A stretch of 64,000 nucleotides of DNA from Massalongia carnosa. Lineage: Eukaryota. Within the stretch, counting starts at the first letter, position 1. Each line of letters starts with the position of its first letter. Below, piece by piece: positions 22,759-34,359 of this stretch. The notes beneath the pieces were generated by a model that worked only from the letters and a program-made list of their open reading frames with translations, had not been told where the DNA came from and searched no databases. The position numbers were made by a program, and so were the translations under genes. The stretch covers positions 496,001 through 560,000 of the forward strand of contig OZ287068.1 of assembly GCA_965645245.1 (NCBI GenBank), written 5' to 3'.

Positions 22759-23552
22759 TCAGTCACCCGTATCAACCTCCCTGTAACGGTATTAGTTACC
22801 TAGCCAAGACTGAACTAGAGCATTAGAAACTTACAAATCCAGCTGTACCCCATTACTGACTCCGTAATCCTCCAGCGTCAAGTGGTCCTTGAAAGGCCGC
22901 TCGCCCTGTCGTTTCAACATGATCTCGTGAGGCTCGCGGCCAATGCGTGCAGCCACTTGGGCCTTGAAGAGCTCTACAAAAAGCTGCATCAGTAGGTTGC
23001 ATAAACACGATACGCGATGTGCGGCAACCCCCCAAAATACATACTAATCGGATCCGAAGCCAAACACGGGATTGAAGCCTTGGTACCCAACCGATCGTTC
23101 ACATTGACAATGATCATTGGTTCCCCCACCGGCGCAATTGTAGGCTTTTTCTCCTTGTTCTCTTTCCTCGGCGGCTTCTCCGCCGCTTCCTTACCGCCAA
23201 CGGGCGATCGAGGTCGCCGGCGCTCTTGCTCGCGATATCCTCGTTCCAGGCCTCCTCTGTTCCGCTCTCCACCACGCCGGCCCGGCTCCTCCTCCCGGCG
23301 CTTGTCCTTCCAGCGAAACCCACCACCATTTCTTCGCTGGGGAGAGCGGCTGAATCGGCGCAGAGGAGAGCGGGGCGGGGGGGAACGACTCTGTCTTCGG
23401 TGCGGGGAGCGGGGCGCCGGTGAACGGCTGGACCTTTGACGACGGGGGGAGTCGTGGGATCGGCGTTCTGGCGATCGGCTAGGGCGTCGGCGAGGTGATC
23501 TGCTTCTTCGTCTGTTGTCACGTTGCGAAGGGGGAAACCGAGCATCTTCCAT
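22759..23552 (-). CDS. HUB1: Hub1/UBL5 ubiquitin-like protein with long RS/RP-rich N-terminal extension
   Basis: MIIVNVNDRLGTKASIPCLASDPI|KLFKAQVAARIG...FKDHLTLEDYGVSNGVQLDL|EVDTGD*. Exons 23552-23045, 22973-22835, 22780-22759. Confidence 0.88.
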
Positions 23553-23788
23553 AAATGCGGTGATTGCGTTGATTGTTTAACAATTAACAAAGAGGTTAAA
23601 TAACCGTACAAGGTACCTGAAAAGAAACACGTGCATTCGCTTAAAATGACGGACAGTCGGCACTGCTAAGCTCCGACGCTAAAGATAACTAACCATGCAT
23701 TTCAGCCCTACGAGTATCAAATCATTGAAATCGTCAATTTGCCTCTAAATCTCCAGAATATGTGATCCCACCCAGGCCCTCCCCCAAA

Positions 23789-24851
23789 ATGCTATCCTCC
23801 CCCCCCCATCTTACCACCTTCCGCCCCTCCCCTACCACAGTTTCCTTTACCGTCTCTACCGCCTCCTCCTCGCGCTTGCAACACCACCTTCTCCTCTTCC
23901 TCCGCCTTGTAGCGGGACTCTCCACCTTGCTTGTTATCCTCGCTCGCGGCCTCGCTTCACCGCCTAAGTTTCTCTTCCCGCTGGCTAGATATGTGACTGC
24001 GTTGTCGTGGACGGTGGTGGGGCCTGTGGTGGTTGGGAGCATTTTTGTGGTGTTTCGGAGGTTTCATACTGGTACGCGCAGCACTTATGAATTTTTGTCG
24101 TACATGTGTTTTTTGGACCTTATGTATTCCATGTCAATCGGATTTTCTCTACGGGTTTTATTTCGGGGGGACATCATCAATCTCTTCCCCAAAAGAGCTT
24201 TTAATTAAGTTTTCATCTTTCTCCTTGACATGCCCCCGCCCCAAACTCCTTGATAGCAAATATCCTAATCCTCCCCCCCCCCCGTTTCCTCGAACAGAAG
24301 AATCCCTCCTAGTTCTCCGCACCTTGGGGATCCAAACGCGTACTCTCTCCCCTTTCTACCTCCTCCCCGCCACCACGCGCTTCATCCCTACGGCACAGAT
24401 CCGCGACCTCTTCATCCACGAGGCATTTCGCGGCCTTGAGGTACGTTACTACCTCGCCGTCGTGGTGGAAGGGGAGGGCGATGTGGTCGTCGTGTTTCCA
24501 GTGAGCTTTTCTTTTCTTTTCTTTTCTTTTCGTTTACGCGTTTCTTATAGTTTTGTTTCTTCTGGCTCTTCTGGTGAGAAGGGCAGAGATACATGTCGAG
24601 CATATCGACAGATGAGGGGTTATCGCTGATGATGGAACTGGGTGGATGGGCCCTACCAGACCAATACACCGCGACTCACACAACTTCTTCCCTTCCACCT
24701 GCACAACAACCGAGTCTCATACTATTGAAAAACTAACTCGAACGCCTCACCGCAGAACCTTCTCCCCAACCTCGCAACTGTGGAACAAGTCTGGCGTGGA
24801 GCCCGGGAATGCCTTTATGAACCTTGGTGCGCTTGGGACGATGCGAAATAG
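23789..24851 (+). CDS. GPI15: GPI-GlcNAc transferase subunit PIG-H/Gpi15
   Basis: EESLLVLRTLGIQT, TRFIP..IRDLFIHEAFRGLEVRYYLAVVVEG..VVVVFP|NLLP..VWRGARECLYE. Exons 23789-24071, 24298-24500, 24756-24851. Confidence 0.85.
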
Positions 24852-25320
24852 CGCTCTTGACGCGTGGATCTGAGGGGGCGAGAGGGAGGATTAGGTAGTT
24901 AGCGTATGATGAAGCAGGAGGCGGGATTCGCTGGGAACGGGGTGATTATTTTCAAGTAGCGCTCAGGCGCCAATGGAAGCTGAAGTATTGAGGTGAAGTG
25001 AGGAGACGTTAGCCCTGCCATAGGCACAAAATGTTAGTCAATAGCTCTTAGGCTTTTACATGACTCCCGCTACCGAGCTACGGTATCTAGCCTACGAAGC
25101 GTAATTAATCTTGAAAGTCGCAAGTTTGCAGATAACCACGCCGTCGAAAACCAGGGGTATTGAATCCGAACAGAAAAATCGCTTTCATACAGACGTGTTA
25201 TAAGAAGCATGGCTTAGTGCCAACTTCATCATTGGGGTTGTCCATACATCATAATACAGCCTAACAGACCAGCTTCAACTGAATCCGACCAACCTCTTCG
25301 TCTATGCGGGTATCCCTCCA

Positions 25321-27025
25321 TCACCTCTCGTCAGTCTCTTCCACCCCCCTTCCCCTCCTGCGAAACGTATCTGTCCGTGCCACAATCATGGTCCTCATAT
25401 CCGATAGCGGCGCATCTTCACCTCGCAACATCGCGGCAGCAGCAACGGCAGCATTAGCGCCAACGTAGTCCGTAATTGGCGGTGAAAGATCGTTTATAAG
25501 CTTTCGGTTCATGCTCCCTGGCGCCCTCTCCTCCTCCCTCGCCGCAGCAGCCATCAAAGCTAGGTCAGCGACGCGTTCCTGTTCCGTGAGCGGGGGAGCG
25601 CGCTGGTAATCGTCCTCCTTCTTGCGTTCTTTGCTGTACGAGCCAATGTATGGGATTGCAGACGCACGACCTGCCAAGTCACTAGGGAGGGCCGAGGATG
25701 TGAGCGGAACGGAAAGATTCATAGTGCGGCTGGAGCGCGTAGCATGGTGGGAGCTATTGGCCGTTCGGTCCATCTCGGGGGCTGTAAGGAAAACATCCTC
25801 ATTTTCTGCTTCGGTAGCGTTATGAGGATTGATGAATGCACCGCTGGTGCCGTCTCCGGCGTTGTCTTCTGCGTCGGTGGCATCAGCGTTGCTAAGGGTA
25901 CCGGAACCTTGGCTTTCTTGGCTCAATTTGCAGCGCTTGTAGTTGATGGCGTCAATGGCTGCGTGGGAGGCAAGTTGAAGGTTGAGGTTTAGTTCTTTCT
26001 CCGAAAATAGCTCTTCAATCGACATCAAGGGAGCGGTCATCTGCTGCGCTTCTTGTTTCGCTTGCAGCTCCTTCCAAGTTGAGATTCCATCCGCTAAGAT
26101 ATTTCTTCCGGGAGGGCCAGGGGAGCCAACGTCAGCGTCAGCAGGGGCTTTACGCTTCCTCTTGTTGCCATCTGCAAGCGTTCCAAGTTCATCAACATCT
26201 TGTCTATGCCGTGTGTGCCGGGTCTTACGGTTGTTTTGAGTACCGCCCGGGCTTGCGGGATTATGCAAACTGAAATGATTGGGATGAAAAAGAAAAGCAT
26301 TAGTGTCGCCAATATCGAGTCGGTCTTTTTCTCTCGTTAGAATTGCCTTCTTTTGATTGACTTGGTGAACGACGCGATCCCGAATCTGGTCCATTAACTT
26401 CTTGCGCTCTTCTTCGGCAACCTGCACGCTATACTCGTAATCTCTTTTAAGGTCATCAATCTTGCAATTATGTCGGTACTATGATATATGATGTTAGCTC
26501 GCGTTTGGTGTTGCCCCTTCAGAACGGAGAGATGATCCCTTCGCAAGATTCAGCGAGGAAATGGTCTCTCACCCCAACAAGTGTCAGCTGAGTATCTCTG
26601 TGCTCTATTGCGTCGTTAATTTCTTGTGTATACTTTGACGACCAGAAGCCAGCTCTTGGTGAAGCTTCCATGTCTGACTTTCGAGCTCGAGATAATCGAA
26701 GGGTTTCGTTTAGATTCCCAGCAACCGCTGTAGTCATCTCGTCGAGAATATCGCTACTGAAATCATCCAGCATACAGTCCCCGTACGGATCAGCATGATT
26801 GATGTGGGCAATGTCGAACTGAAGAGTTTGTAGCTGTTTCCGATAATTGTCATCCCGGTTCTGGGCAAAGCTCACGCTGATGTTGTTCAGACGCTCCGCC
26901 AATGCATTTCTGCGCTTTTTTTGTTTAGAAACTACTTGCGTGAAGGGAGGAGTCACTGATTGACGGAGGACCTGGGGTGTAATAGAAGCCGCAGTGAAGC
27001 CACCTGGGCGAGGCGGATACGCCAT
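25321..27025 (-). CDS. Sds3-like Sin3/Rpd3L HDAC complex subunit
   Basis: Coiled-coil KKRRNALAERL...FAQNRDDNYRKQLQTLQFD..., later NPASPGG...RKTRHTR. Intron 26479-26572 joins the two ORFs in frame. Confidence 0.75.
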
Positions 27026-27927
27026 CGCGTTGCCTTCCTTTAAGACCTTCGGATGTGTAAAGCTATTTCATTAGCAAGTGAGACTTTAAAAATAAGGTAT
27101 TGAGGCTTAAGTTCTTCTTACTCACTTGGTCAGAGTCCTAGTGACGATGAAGCGAGGGGCGCTTCAAGAGATTATTTGAAGGGTGAGGAGCTTGAAGTCT
27201 AAGTCGAAATCAAAGTAAAGAGATGATGTCTTTGAGTATTATGGACGTTGAAGGCATTTATGGAGGATGAGGAGTAAAGGTTGAGGAACATGTTAGTGGG
27301 AAAGGAATTGGAAGTGAACATAGAGTCTCTGTACATAATGACGAGGATTCAGGTGCACATTCAAGGTTTCGTTGTTAGCGTGAGGGAATGCAACGTAAAG
27401 TACCGTAGTCTGTATTGGGCGATATTATGAAACATACGTGTTGGATAGAACAAGCGTCCGTAAGGCTGACTTAACCTCATGGCTTAACCCGGTTTTCCCT
27501 TCACAACTACTCCGTACTCTAGTCATATCTATCTATATCAATTCTACCACTCATTTCTTGTTCCAACTTTGTGTTGAGGCGATCGAGGGAGGCAATTTTA
27601 GGATCTACATAAAACTTTGAGTTTACGATCTTCCTTTCAAGATAGGTGGGTATGTAAAAAGCACCCTAGGCAACCGCTGAGAGGTCGTTCTCAGTGGTCT
27701 ATCGCCTAAGTCACGGAATATCACTTTCCCGTTCGACAACAAACATAGAAACTGCTCATAGCTTTTCTAGTGAAACACTTTCTGCTTGAGGCGCACGGGC
27801 TGTGGACCCATCGCTTATTGCTACAATACGAATCTTTGATGAAAAATAACAGGAAAAAAAAGGAAAAATAGAGAAGAAAAGGAAAGAAAGAGCATCACAA
27901 ATCGGTAGTAGAAGCTGCTTTCATCTC

Positions 27928-29796
27928 TCACGCTTTCCCTTTCCCCTTCCCCTTCCCTTCCACCATTTCTTCCTCCAATCCCGCCCCCGTCGAGGTCCCA
28001 GCCTTCACCTCGGTCTTGGCCTTCCTGGCAGCGGCGATCTCCGGCGTCCAAATTGCGCCAATCGGGTCTGGGTAGAGAGTGATGGTCTCCAGGCCATTAT
28101 GCGCCATTGACTGGCGCACCTTGCCCCAGAGACCATCTTCCCACTGCTCCCCCCCCTGCCAGAGGTCCATGCATGCAACCCCCCCGGTGGACAAGCGGAG
28201 CGCTGTCCGCTTCATTGTCGCGGGGAACTTCTCCACCTCGTTCCCCGCATTGTCCACCCCACCCCCAACAACTGCCGTGCAGGTCTCGAGGCGCTTTGGG
28301 CAACTGGTAGCCTCAACGGGCAGCCCAAAGCATGCCCACTTCCCCTCTTTCCCCTTCTTCCTCTCCTTCCCACTTTGGCGGAAACGTATTCCCCAAAAAA
28401 ACCAATCCCCTTTTCCCATCCCCCTCCTTGTTTGCTCTTCCTCGAGCCTCTCGCTATGCCCACCCTTCCCGGTCTTCACAGTCCCCAGTTTCCCAACCCG
28501 CTTCTCCCGAACTTCTCGCTTCCAATTAGAACTTTCATAGATCGTCACCTGGCCTTGGCAAAGAGCCTCCACACCGTCAAGCCCCACTTCAAAATGCGCC
28601 AGTAAGACGCGAGACCTAGCTTTTGGGCTATGCATTGGGGGGGTGGTAGCGATGAATGAGATCGCAAGAACAGGAATAACGAGGAATTCGCGTTGATGAC
28701 AGATGGCGGAAGTAAATGTACCAGGCATCTTTGTTAGGTCAGGAGTGTTGAGAGAAGTTAAATATTTCTTGACGGTGGCAGCTGTTGTGGTGTTGCTTTC
28801 TTTCTCTTTGATATTACCGAAGGTATTGCTAAAATCCGCTTCATGATGAAAGTTCTTTGGAGTGGCATAATCTTCGTGGATCCCAAACGCCTTTGGGGTA
28901 TCGTCGCTGCCTGTTGTCACTTGATGAGGGCTGCTTGTCTGTGTTGCAAAAATTTCTTCTTGAGTGCTGGATTCCTTGTTGGCATGCTCACCACCAACTG
29001 TCATCTGAAGAGTGTTGGCAGCCTTTGGAGTAACATCCCAATCGATATCCGTCATCATAGTATCCGGTGTATCTTCGAGCCTATGATACTTTGGCTGGTC
29101 TATGGAATAAGCTTCATTGATATCAACTTCCTCAACTTCCTCAGGCTTGGCAGTATCTAGATGCTTCTCGTCATAAAGCTTGAGGATAGTGTCATCAAGG
29201 AACGCGCGATCTTCTGACTTCCGGTTCATGTCCACCGCAAAGTTCTCACATATGTTCAAAGTGGATCTAAGATTGAAAGCATTGGATTTAGACAAGTTCT
29301 TGGAGATTTGTGGCGCTGAAGATGGAATGGGCCAAGGTTCGTCGTCAAATATCTCAAGCGCTCGCTGCAGACGCCGACTAGCCTCTTGCGCTTTCGGCAT
29401 ATCTTCCTCGAGATGCTTGTTGCGAGCCTCCTTAACTTTCTTCTTCTCTTCTGCCATTCTTCCTTTATGTCTTGATGCTTTTGGAGCTGAAGAGGTGGAA
29501 GCTTGAGCTAGTGAACCTGAAAGTGTTAAGGATGAAGTGAGGTTTACACCTTCTTGACTTGAGATCGCGAGGTCTAAGGTGTATTTAGAAAGCTGATCAA
29601 TCAAAGCATCCGATTCTACTTGATGATCTAGTATGGCGCTAGCTGAAAGAGATGGTACTGATGCAGAGCCTGTGGTAGAAGGTGTCTCGTTGATCTTAAG
29701 AGGAGTTTGTGACAGTAAGGATTCAGAAAGCTCGCTTAACTTGTCTGTCAATGTTTTTCCGGAACTATTCCCTTTAATCGAAGCCGGTGGATCCAT
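27928..29796 (-). CDS. Hypothetical protein (~620 aa; disordered N-terminus, compact C-terminal domain)
   Basis: Uninterrupted 627-codon ORF, first ATG at 29796; no recognised motif. Confidence 0.65.
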   Translation of the reverse strand: MDPPASIKGNSSGKTLTDKLSELSESLLSQTPLKINETPSTTGSASVPSLSASAILDHQVESDALIDQLSKYTLDLAISSQEGVNLTSSLTLSGSLAQASTSSAPKASRHKGRMAEEKKKVKEARNKHLEEDMPKAQEASRRLQRALEIFDDEPWPIPSSAPQISKNLSKSNAFNLRSTLNICENFAVDMNRKSEDRAFLDDTILKLYDEKHLDTAKPEEVEEVDINEAYSIDQPKYHRLEDTPDTMMTDIDWDVTPKAANTLQMTVGGEHANKESSTQEEIFATQTSSPHQVTTGSDDTPKAFGIHEDYATPKNFHHEADFSNTFGNIKEKESNTTTAATVKKYLTSLNTPDLTKMPGTFTSAICHQREFLVIPVLAISFIATTPPMHSPKARSRVLLAHFEVGLDGVEALCQGQVTIYESSNWKREVREKRVGKLGTVKTGKGGHSERLEEEQTRRGMGKGDWFFWGIRFRQSGKERKKGKEGKWACFGLPVEATSCPKRLETCTAVVGGGVDNAGNEVEKFPATMKRTALRLSTGGVACMDLWQGGEQWEDGLWGKVRQSMAHNGLETITLYPDPIGAIWTPEIAAARKAKTEVKAGTSTGAGLEEEMVEGKGKGKGKA

Positions 29797-31699
29797 ATTG
29801 GTTACTTGCACGTGATACGGTCAGGACTAAATAATGAAGAAAAAGATGATGCTGAAAACGTGATGTGGATTCTAGATGTTGGGAACGTGATCTTGGATGA
29901 GGAAACGAGTTTAGTAAACAAAAAGAAGTCACGGGACGTGAATAAATATGCCTGTTGACAAGCACTAAACCCCTTTGAAGCGGACGACATTGTGTTGCGG
30001 CTAGGGGATTCACACACTTTCTCGGAAAGGGATAGAAGTCTTCTTTGTTTCATTGATCTTCTTGTTGGAGTCTTCAAAACAACAATAGCCCGTCTTTATG
30101 GCTGTTAAAACCTGGTTCCAAGGACCTCCCCTGAACTCATACTGTCCGGCGATTCTTCCATTCCCTGACTATTTGGGTTCGCGGGTGAAGTGCAGGAACC
30201 GAAGACCTCCAAGCTGTGATTCTTGACTACCGCACAGAAAAACAGCATATGCATAAGTCAGGAAAATGTTAAGAAATGACCTAGCCTTCGCCAATCTAGA
30301 ATAGTATGCGTCATGTAGGATGACTTCTTTCTTTTCCTCACCGCCGACCATTTCAATCATGTTCAGTTTTTCTTTCTTCATGGTCCACTTAGCCTTGATT
30401 CAGATCCAGTAGCCACCTGTAGTTCCATCTACTTATAGATTTACAGATCAAGATTGGACTTTAGTAAAATTTGCAGCATTAACGAAAGATACTCGTGACA
30501 GCTGTGAGTATCTTCTTCATTAGGCAGCGCGAGTTAGTTTCGAAATATGGCATCTGAACTTTGCTTGCAGATTATTCTAGTCAAGGATCAAGATACTCTA
30601 TGCCTAAAACTCCTAGTTGTAATACTGACACAACCGTGGATATAGTATTATCCAGTCCTTTAAAAGGGCATTGAGCTTGTAATCCTAAGCACGAGTTCAG
30701 CGAGTACTAGAATGCCAGAGCTGGAAAAGGCAAGAGATTTCCCCGAAACCATCGATTACATGGGTGACCAGGCAAGGACTTTTTAGTAGGAAGGGCAGCG
30801 TCGACACGGAAACATGGGGCTAAATACCTACTTTAGATGGAGACCTGTCCCGTGGAGGAGCCATCTAGATCAATAGGACCATCTACCAGCGATAGTTACT
30901 CAGAGTTTCTTTCTTTGGCCACAATGAAAACCACAGTATGAATCAGCGATCATCCGAAACGCTTTCCAATAAATGTCCTTTCAAATCTCTTGAATCATTT
31001 GCTGGCAAGCAAAAGCCAACTCGCGGTTCCTTAGGCCTCTTTTTATGAACGTTGATTTCTGGCATTTTCCTTCTTTTCCTTCTTTTCGATGCGGAGTAGC
31101 TGAACTATAACTAGCTTAGTAGTTATCCCCAGCGCAAAACACGGTCTTGTTGTTATTTTCTGTCGCAAACGTGGTTTGATAAGGCTTGAGGTCTCGATTT
31201 TGATTTTCACGGAGTGCCATTTTGTGCTTAACTTATTCTCAGGGGTTGTGAAACCCTAAGTCGAAGGTTTATTCAACACTTTCTTCACGTTTAAACCCGG
31301 ATGATTTTTGTGGAATGAAATTGTCAGCCTCTTGCTGAGCTCTTTCTGTTCGTAATTCATTTTACTGTGCGTGCAATTTCAAGTCCCATTGCCCCAAGGC
31401 ATATCAAGTACTCAGCTCACAAACTGTGGTAGCCACACGATCCTAGGACTAGGCAGCCATCTCCAAAATTTGAAGGTAAGTTTAATGTCCTCTTTAAGTA
31501 GGTAAATTTGGCTTATACTTCCATTTAGAGACTTCGATATCGGACATACAAAGCTCTCTGAAACGGCTAGATTCGGAGTCATCAACTTTCCTATATATTC
31601 CTCTTGCACAATCGCAATCCAGTCGTACATCTCCCACACCCGAGGACACTACTCCATCAACCCCAGTGACAATACCAAGGTTTAAAATGCCCCTTGGCC

Positions 31700-32280
31700 A
31701 CTTCCTTATAAATCACAATGCCAATACGAGTGAAAGATATTTGGACCCACGTCTCTAGAATCTCTGATGCACGACATGAACAACCGCATCATCGAGCCTC
31801 TCAGCGACACTGGATCTGAAAACTAGACTACGAGGGAACACGCTTTCCCCGCACTACACAATTGATCTTCTGATAGACCGGGAAGAGGAACTCATCAAAG
31901 ACGGCTCAGCACCTACAGCGCCTCCCTTCTCCATTTTAGAGGCCATTGATTGAGGCGTATTTCGCGGCCATTAACCCCTATTTCCCCATCTGGACATAAG
32001 AACGCTTCATTCGGCTTGCTGCGGCCTCACAGGAGTCTAATTACCTTGATTAAGACCGAGCATACATTGTATGTTCCAAAAAACCTCATTCTCATGACCT
32101 TAGCAGCGAAGTCATTACGTTGTCGTCCAGGAAAGTAAGTGCAATCTAAACACATATACATGACTTCATCCATCGACTTCGATCTTACCAAAAGTTTCCT
32201 TACGAACGCAAAGCGAGCCATCGAGAGCATAGAGCTTCTGCTCTCACCCTCGTCTTATCAATGTTCAGGATATGCTCCAC
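31700..32280 (+). pseudogene. Remnant of a fungal-specific (Zn2Cys6-associated) transcription factor domain
   Basis: Broken frames read ..AYFAAINPYFPIWT*ERFIRL.., NLILMTLAAKSLR, DLTKSFLTNAKRAIESIELLLSP; stops and frameshifts present. Confidence 0.5.
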
Positions 32281-32677
32281 ATCATCACCGACTCACGAGA
32301 AGGGAATTCATACAACAAACGACTACACGAAATCTCCCTCATCCTCATGGACGTAATAGCCGCCCTGAAAACCCCAGGGGAAACGCCGCAAAACCCAAAC
32401 CAATCCAGAGAGACCAACCAAGCACGCCCCATCTCAACGCAGCAGCCATATCCTTCCCCAGCCCTAGATCGGATACAAACTCTCACGGGTAATAGTCGCA
32501 CATCTCCACACGTCCCGCAAGAAGACCACCCAAGCATCGAAAGTCTCATGTTTCCGGACTTGGACGACTCGCTTACGCTCATCGCTTCGACCGATTTGGA
32601 GCACGGGGGTTTCGGGAAATATTCGGCGGACAAGTTGGCGGCGATTATGGGTTACATTTGTTAGGGTGTAAAAAGGA

Positions 32678-32844
32678 TGTTTGATTTGAACTGAGCTGAG
32701 CTCGTCTATATACTGCTACGCTAGTCCTAAACGAGTCATGACGACCGGTGACGAAAGCGCAATGCTTCATTTGCTTGATAAGCTACTAAGTTAATGCTAA
32801 CTGCGATATCTCCTAATCGCTTTATCTCCGTATGTACCTCAACA
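32678..32844 (-). mobile_element. 3' LTR of the chromovirus
   Basis: Minus strand TGTTGAG...TCAAACA, preceded by polypurine tract AAAGGGGGCACT just after the end of pol. Confidence 0.7.
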
Positions 32845-33034
32845 AGTGCCCCCTTTGAAAAGATCGCCAGCGCTCTCGTTGGCCTAGTCGATATCATCGG
32901 GTGAATTGTAGTTTATTGCTTTGAATGTTGGAATAGATGCATGTTTTGCTAGGGATGTTGTCGGAGGCGTTGTGGTTTGAGCTGATGGCGGATTTTTGCT
33001 TACTGCGGTCAGTTCGGCCGCTGTTGTAGGTGTA

Positions 33035-34359
33035 CAGTCGGGTCTAGGAAGTGACCGAACAGCGCACGTTCCACCCCCATTTTACCCCTCACCCCTAATG
33101 ATGAAAATCACCCCAATCAATCAATTTCCAACTTGATGCTTTGAGACCTTCATATTTCGTCAAATACTGTATGCTGAAGAAGATTAAGTCATCAGTATTT
33201 AATAGAACCCCCTTTAGCCTTAATAAGAAAGCGAATACGCTCAGGCATGCTCTCAATGCACCGTCTGAAGTCCTCCTCAGTCAACAGCTCCCATTCCTCC
33301 CGAATAGCCTGCTCCATGGCCTCAATTGTATGGATTTGGTGACGACGGGCACTGACCCTTATTTTGATAATACGCCAGAGATTCTCAATGGGATTCAAAT
33401 CGGGTGACTGAGGTGGCCAATCCATGCGTAAAAGCCCGTTTCGTCTTCCCCAATCAATCACCTTTTTCGAAGTATGATAGCTGGCTCCGTCATCCATCCA
33501 GATCGTCAAACCTCGCCTAGTCAAGCATGCTTCATAAAACGAGAGCCCTAAAGGCCGTAGCACCTCGTCAATGTAGATATCTGAATTCATTCGTCTCCCC
33601 TTATTCAAAACGAGCATAGGGCCTTTTTCACCCAATCGTATGCTAGCCCAGATGCCCACAGTGCTTCGTCCGCTTTTGTATGTAGGCTTCAGATATCTAG
33701 ACTCCATGGCCGTGCCTTTTCGTCTCATGACGTAGCACGAGCGAGTGTCTAAACCAGTTTCAAACGTAGCTTCATCTGTCCATATAACTCGGCCCCAATC
33801 TCCTACCGTCCAATGCTTATGCTCCTTGCCCCATTTTAGCCTGATTGCTTTGTGACGTGCTGATAGAAACGGCTTTTTTCTAGCCCTGAAACGGAAATAG
33901 CCACCGAGCTTCAGATATTTTCGTACGGTGACGCGAGAGAGCTTTTGACCCGATTTGGAAGGGGTAGTCAGGGCCAGCAAATTATCGTGTGGATTTTTCT
34001 CAACATGGCGAATCAATGCCCGTCTGGCACGGACATTTAGCTTGGTTGGCCGACCAGTACGTTTTTTGGGAACGGAAGAGGCGTCGGCTTGTCTCTTAGC
34101 TCTATGAACTATGGTGACCACGGTGGAACGGGCCAGCCGAACTTGACGGGCTATTTCAGCATAGGAATAGTGGACTTCATGAAGGGCTACAACGATAGCA
34201 ATGGTTTCAGACGAATGTTCACGTCTGGCCGTCTTGGGTTTGGAAGGCATTTCGTTGATCAGATGAAAATTGATGGAGAAAGGGGAGGGTGAAGTAAGGG
34301 GGGAATTTAGATGAGGGGAAATTAAGCGAAGTGTTTGCTGACTTCCTAGACCCGATTTG
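33035..34359 (-). mobile_element. Tc1/mariner element nested in the chromovirus pol tail
   Basis: TIRs CAGTCGGGTCTAGGAAGTGACCGAAC / GTTTGCTGACTTCCTAGACCCGATTTG; TA at 33033-34 and 34360-61. Confidence 0.93.
33192..34250 (-). CDS. Intact DD34E Tc1 transposase (352 aa)
   Basis: HTH and GRP motif, WTDEA, MDDGASYH, WPPQSPDLNPIENLW (34-residue D-E spacing), KGGSIKY; no stops. Confidence 0.92.
   Translation of the reverse strand: MPSKPKTARREHSSETIAIVVALHEVHYSYAEIARQVRLARSTVVTIVHRAKRQADASSVPKKRTGRPTKLNVRARRALIRHVEKNPHDNLLALTTPSKSGQKLSRVTVRKYLKLGGYFRFRARKKPFLSARHKAIRLKWGKEHKHWTVGDWGRVIWTDEATFETGLDTRSCYVMRRKGTAMESRYLKPTYKSGRSTVGIWASIRLGEKGPMLVLNKGRRMNSDIYIDEVLRPLGLSFYEACLTRRGLTIWMDDGASYHTSKKVIDWGRRNGLLRMDWPPQSPDLNPIENLWRIIKIRVSARRHQIHTIEAMEQAIREEWELLTEEDFRRCIESMPERIRFLIKAKGGSIKY

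Noticed and set aside
27665..27710. Hairpin TAGGC..CCGCTGAGA/TCTCAGTGG..GCCTA as an H/ACA snoRNA
   Set aside because: No properly placed ACA box or convincing second hairpin.
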